DNA of 38,725 nucleotides from a phage. The stretch lies in the sequence record PZ502562.2. One strand, written 5' to 3'. The stretch's first letter is position 1. The number at the start of each line of letters is the position of its first letter. The translations under genes and the position numbers were made by a program. Under the pieces are notes generated by a model. The model had not been told where the DNA came from. It worked only from the letters and a program-made list of their open reading frames with translations, and searched no databases. Below, in pieces: positions 36,306 to 38,725 of this stretch.

Positions 36306-38077
36306 TGAGTAAAGGTACATCCGCTCAGTCCAATCGTAATGCGCTCGTTGTGGCGCAACTAAAGGGTGACTTCGTGGCGTTCCTGTTCGTCTTATGGAAG
36401 GCGTTAAACCTACCAGTGCCCACTAAGTGTCAAATTGATATGGCTAAGGTACTGGCGAATGGGGACAACAAGAAGTTCATCTTACAGGCTTTCCGTGGTA
36501 TCGGTAAGTCGTTCATCACTTGTGCGTTCGTTGTGTGGTCCTTATGGAGAGACCCTCAGTTGAAGATACTTATCGTATCGGCCTCTAAGGAACGTGCAGA
36601 CGCTAACTCCATCTTCATCAAGAACATCATTGACCTGCTGCCGTTTCTCAGTGAGTTGAAGCCGAGACCCGGACAGCGTGACTCTGTGATTAGCTTTGAT
36701 GTTGGTCCTGCTAGTCCTGACCACTCTCCTAGTGTGAAGTCAGTGGGTATCACTGGTCAGTTAACAGGTAGCCGTGCTGACATTATCATTGCGGATGACG
36801 TTGAGATTCCGTCTAACAGTGCGACTATGGGTGCCCGTGAGAAGCTATGGACTCTCGTTCAGGAGTTCGCTGCGTTGCTTAAACCACTACCAACTTCTCG
36901 TGTTATCTACCTTGGTACACCACAAACTGAGATGACTCTCTATAAGGAACTTGAAGATAACCGTGGGTACACCACTATCATCTGGCCTGCTCTGTACCCA
37001 AGGACACACGAAGAGAACCTTTACTACTCTCAGCGTCTGGCACCAATGCTCCGTGCGGAGTACGAGGAGAATCCTGAGGCACTCGCTGGGACTCCAACAG
37101 ACCCTGTGCGATTCGACCGTGATGACCTCCGTGAACGTGAGTTGGAATACGGCAAGGCGGGCTTTACGCTACAGTTCATGCTTAACCCGAACCTTAGTGA
37201 TGCCGAGAAGTACCCTCTGAGGCTCCGTGACGCTATCGTAGCGGCCTTAGACTTAGAGAAGGCACCAATGCATTACCAGTGGCTTCCGAACCGTCAGAAC
37301 ACCATTGAGGACCTTCCTAACGTGGGTCTTAAGGGTGATGACCTGCACACATACCATGAGTGCTCGAATAACTCTGGTCAGTATCAACAGAAGATTCTGG
37401 TCATTGACCCAAGTGGTCGCGGTAAGGATGAAACAGGTTACGCGGTACTGTACACTCTAAACGGTTACATCTACCTAATGGAAGCTGGTGGTTTCCGTGA
37501 TGGCTACTCAGATAAGACCCTTGAGTTGCTCGCTAAGAAAGCTAAGCAATGGGGAGTCCAGACGGTTGTCTACGAGAGTAACTTCGGTGACGGTATGTTT
37601 GGTAAGGTGTTCAGCCCTATCCTTCTTAAACACCACAACTGCGCTATGGAAGAGATTCGTGCTCGTGGTATGAAGGAGATGCGTATTTGTGATACCCTTG
37701 AGCCAGTCATGCAGACTCACCGCCTTGTCATTCGAGATGAGGTCATTAGGGCCGACTATCAGTCAGCTCGCGACATAGACGGTAAGCATGACGTTAAGTA
37801 TTCACTGTTCTATCAGATGACTCGTATCACTCGTGAGAAAGGCGCTCTGGCACACGATGACCGATTGGATGCCCTTGCGTTAGGCGTTGAGTATCTCCGT
37901 GAGTCCATGCAGTTGGATTCCGTTAAGGTAGAGGGTGAGGTACTTTCAGACTTCCTTGAGGAACACATGATGCGTCCTACGGTGGCTGCAACACACATCA
38001 TTGAGATGTCCGTTGGCGGTATTGATGTGTACTCTGAGGACGATGAGGGATACGGTACGTCTTTCATTGAGTGGTGA
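36305..38077 (+). CDS. 19: Gene 19, terminase large subunit (590 aa)
   Basis: Nearly identical to T7 gp19 from [62 protein letters not shown] (Walker A) onward. Confidence 0.98.
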   Translation: MSKGTSAQSNRNALVVAQLKGDFVAFLFVLWKALNLPVPTKCQIDMAKVLANGDNKKFILQAFRGIGKSFITCAFVVWSLWRDPQLKILIVSASKERADANSIFIKNIIDLLPFLSELKPRPGQRDSVISFDVGPASPDHSPSVKSVGITGQLTGSRADIIIADDVEIPSNSATMGAREKLWTLVQEFAALLKPLPTSRVIYLGTPQTEMTLYKELEDNRGYTTIIWPALYPRTHEENLYYSQRLAPMLRAEYEENPEALAGTPTDPVRFDRDDLRERELEYGKAGFTLQFMLNPNLSDAEKYPLRLRDAIVAALDLEKAPMHYQWLPNRQNTIEDLPNVGLKGDDLHTYHECSNNSGQYQQKILVIDPSGRGKDETGYAVLYTLNGYIYLMEAGGFRDGYSDKTLELLAKKAKQWGVQTVVYESNFGDGMFGKVFSPILLKHHNCAMEEIRARGMKEMRICDTLEPVMQTHRLVIRDEVIRADYQSARDIDGKHDVKYSLFYQMTRITREKGALAHDDRLDALALGVEYLRESMQLDSVKVEGEVLSDFLEEHMMRPTVAATHIIEMSVGGIDVYSEDDEGYGTSFIEW

Positions 38078-38158
38078 TTTATGCAGTAAGATTGCATAGG
38101 GATGCACTATAGACCACGGATGGTCAGTTCACTAAGTTACTGAAAAGACACGATAAAT

Positions 38159-38181
38159 TAATACGACTCACTATAGGGAGA
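38159..38181 (+). promoter_or_regulatory. T7 promoter phiOR
   Basis: taatacgactcactatagggaga. Confidence 0.95.
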
Positions 38182-38335
38182 GGAGGGACGAAAGGTTACT
38201 ATATAGATACTGAATGAATACTTATAGAGTGCATAAAGTATGCATAGTAGTGTACCTAAAGTGACCTCTAAGAATGGTGATTATATTGTATTAATATCAC
38301 CTTAACTTAAAGTCCAACATAAAGGGAGGAGACTC

Positions 38336-38485
38336 ATGTTCCGCTTATTGTTGAACCTACTGCGGCATAGAGTCACCTATCGCTTTCTTGTGGTACTTTG
38401 TGCTGCCCTTGGGTACGCATCGCTTAACGGAGACCTCAGTTCACTGGAGTCTGCCGTTTGCTCTTTACTCACTTGTAGTGATTAA
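38336..38485 (+). CDS. 19.5: Gene 19.5 (49 aa)
   Basis: MFRLLLNLLRHRVTYRFLVVLCAALGYASL.GDLSSLES.VCS.LTCSD is T7 gp19.5-like. A gggagga Shine-Dalgarno sequence lies upstream. Confidence 0.85.
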   Translation: MFRLLLNLLRHRVTYRFLVVLCAALGYASLNGDLSSLESAVCSLLTCSD

Positions 38486-38559
38486 GGTCTTCCTGACCGA
38501 CTGACGGCTCACCGAGGGATTCAGCGGTATGATTGCATCACACCACTTCATCCCTATAG

Positions 38560-38670
38560 AGTCAAGTCCTAAGGTATACCCGTAAAGAGCCTCTAATGGT
38601 CTATCCTAAGGTCTATACCTAAAGATAGGCCATCCTATCAGTGTCACCTAAAGAGTTGCTTATAGAGGGC
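38560..38670. repeat. Right-end CCTAAAG/CCTAAGG motif array next to the terminal repeat junction
   Basis: Repeated cctaaggt, cctaaaga and cctaaagag motifs, parallel to the T7 right-end repeats implicated in concatemer processing. Confidence 0.7.
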
Positions 38671-38725
38671 CTAAGGAGTCCCTAGAGGGTCCTTTAAAAT
38701 ATACCATAAAAATCTGAGTGACTAT

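Noticed and set aside
36951-37673. Alternative-frame ORFs inside gene 19 (36951-37220 and 37488-37673), at the positions of the hypothetical T7 genes 19.2 and 19.3.
   Set aside because: Same reasoning: they are embedded in a strongly conserved gene and show no independent signal in the sequence.
38090-38300. Cluster of short palindromes around phiOR (atgcagtaagattgcatagggatgca, tgcataaagtatgca, ggtgattatattgtattaatatcacc).
   Set aside because: The same elements occur at this position in T7 (secondary origin and right-end processing region), so they are not new.

Overview
This window is one complete unit-length genome of a T7-like podophage (Teseptimavirus type). All genes are on the + strand in T7 order. 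The last bases (...gagtgactat) join the first bases (ctcacagtgt) as at the T7 concatemer junction, so the direct terminal repeat appears to be present as a single copy. I recognise about 55 T7 genes from 0.3 to 19.5, and many predicted proteins are nearly identical to T7 proteins as I recall them. Also present are 17 T7-RNAP promoters (taatacgactcactata...), three early E. coli promoters (A1-A3), RNase III sites, the TE and Tphi terminators, the 10A/10B -1 frameshift site and the phi1.1A/B origin. No tRNA, CRISPR array or integrase is visible. The main difference from T7 is the host-recognition end of the late operon. Gene 17 keeps the T7 tail-attachment N-terminus (about aa 1-140). Its shaft is different, and the pyramid/tip domains are replaced by an unassigned ~105-aa domain followed by a C-terminal domain carrying every catalytic motif of the endonuclease/exonuclease/phosphatase (EEP, DNase I-like) superfamily. 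An extra 269-aa gene with no T7 counterpart follows, translationally coupled, before the holin gene. I know of no described phage depolymerase class that uses the EEP fold, so this two-gene cassette is the best candidate for a new system, but I cannot run a database search to confirm novelty. Other differences from T7: a P-loop dNMP-kinase-like gene sits at the gene 1.7 locus. ocr (0.3) and gene 0.4 each carry a 1-nt deletion. T7 genes 1.4, 2.8, 3.8, 5.3 and 7.7 are absent. Gp1.2, the primase zinc-binding domain and a ligase loop are divergent patches. All comparisons to T7 come from memory of the published T7 sequence, not from an alignment.
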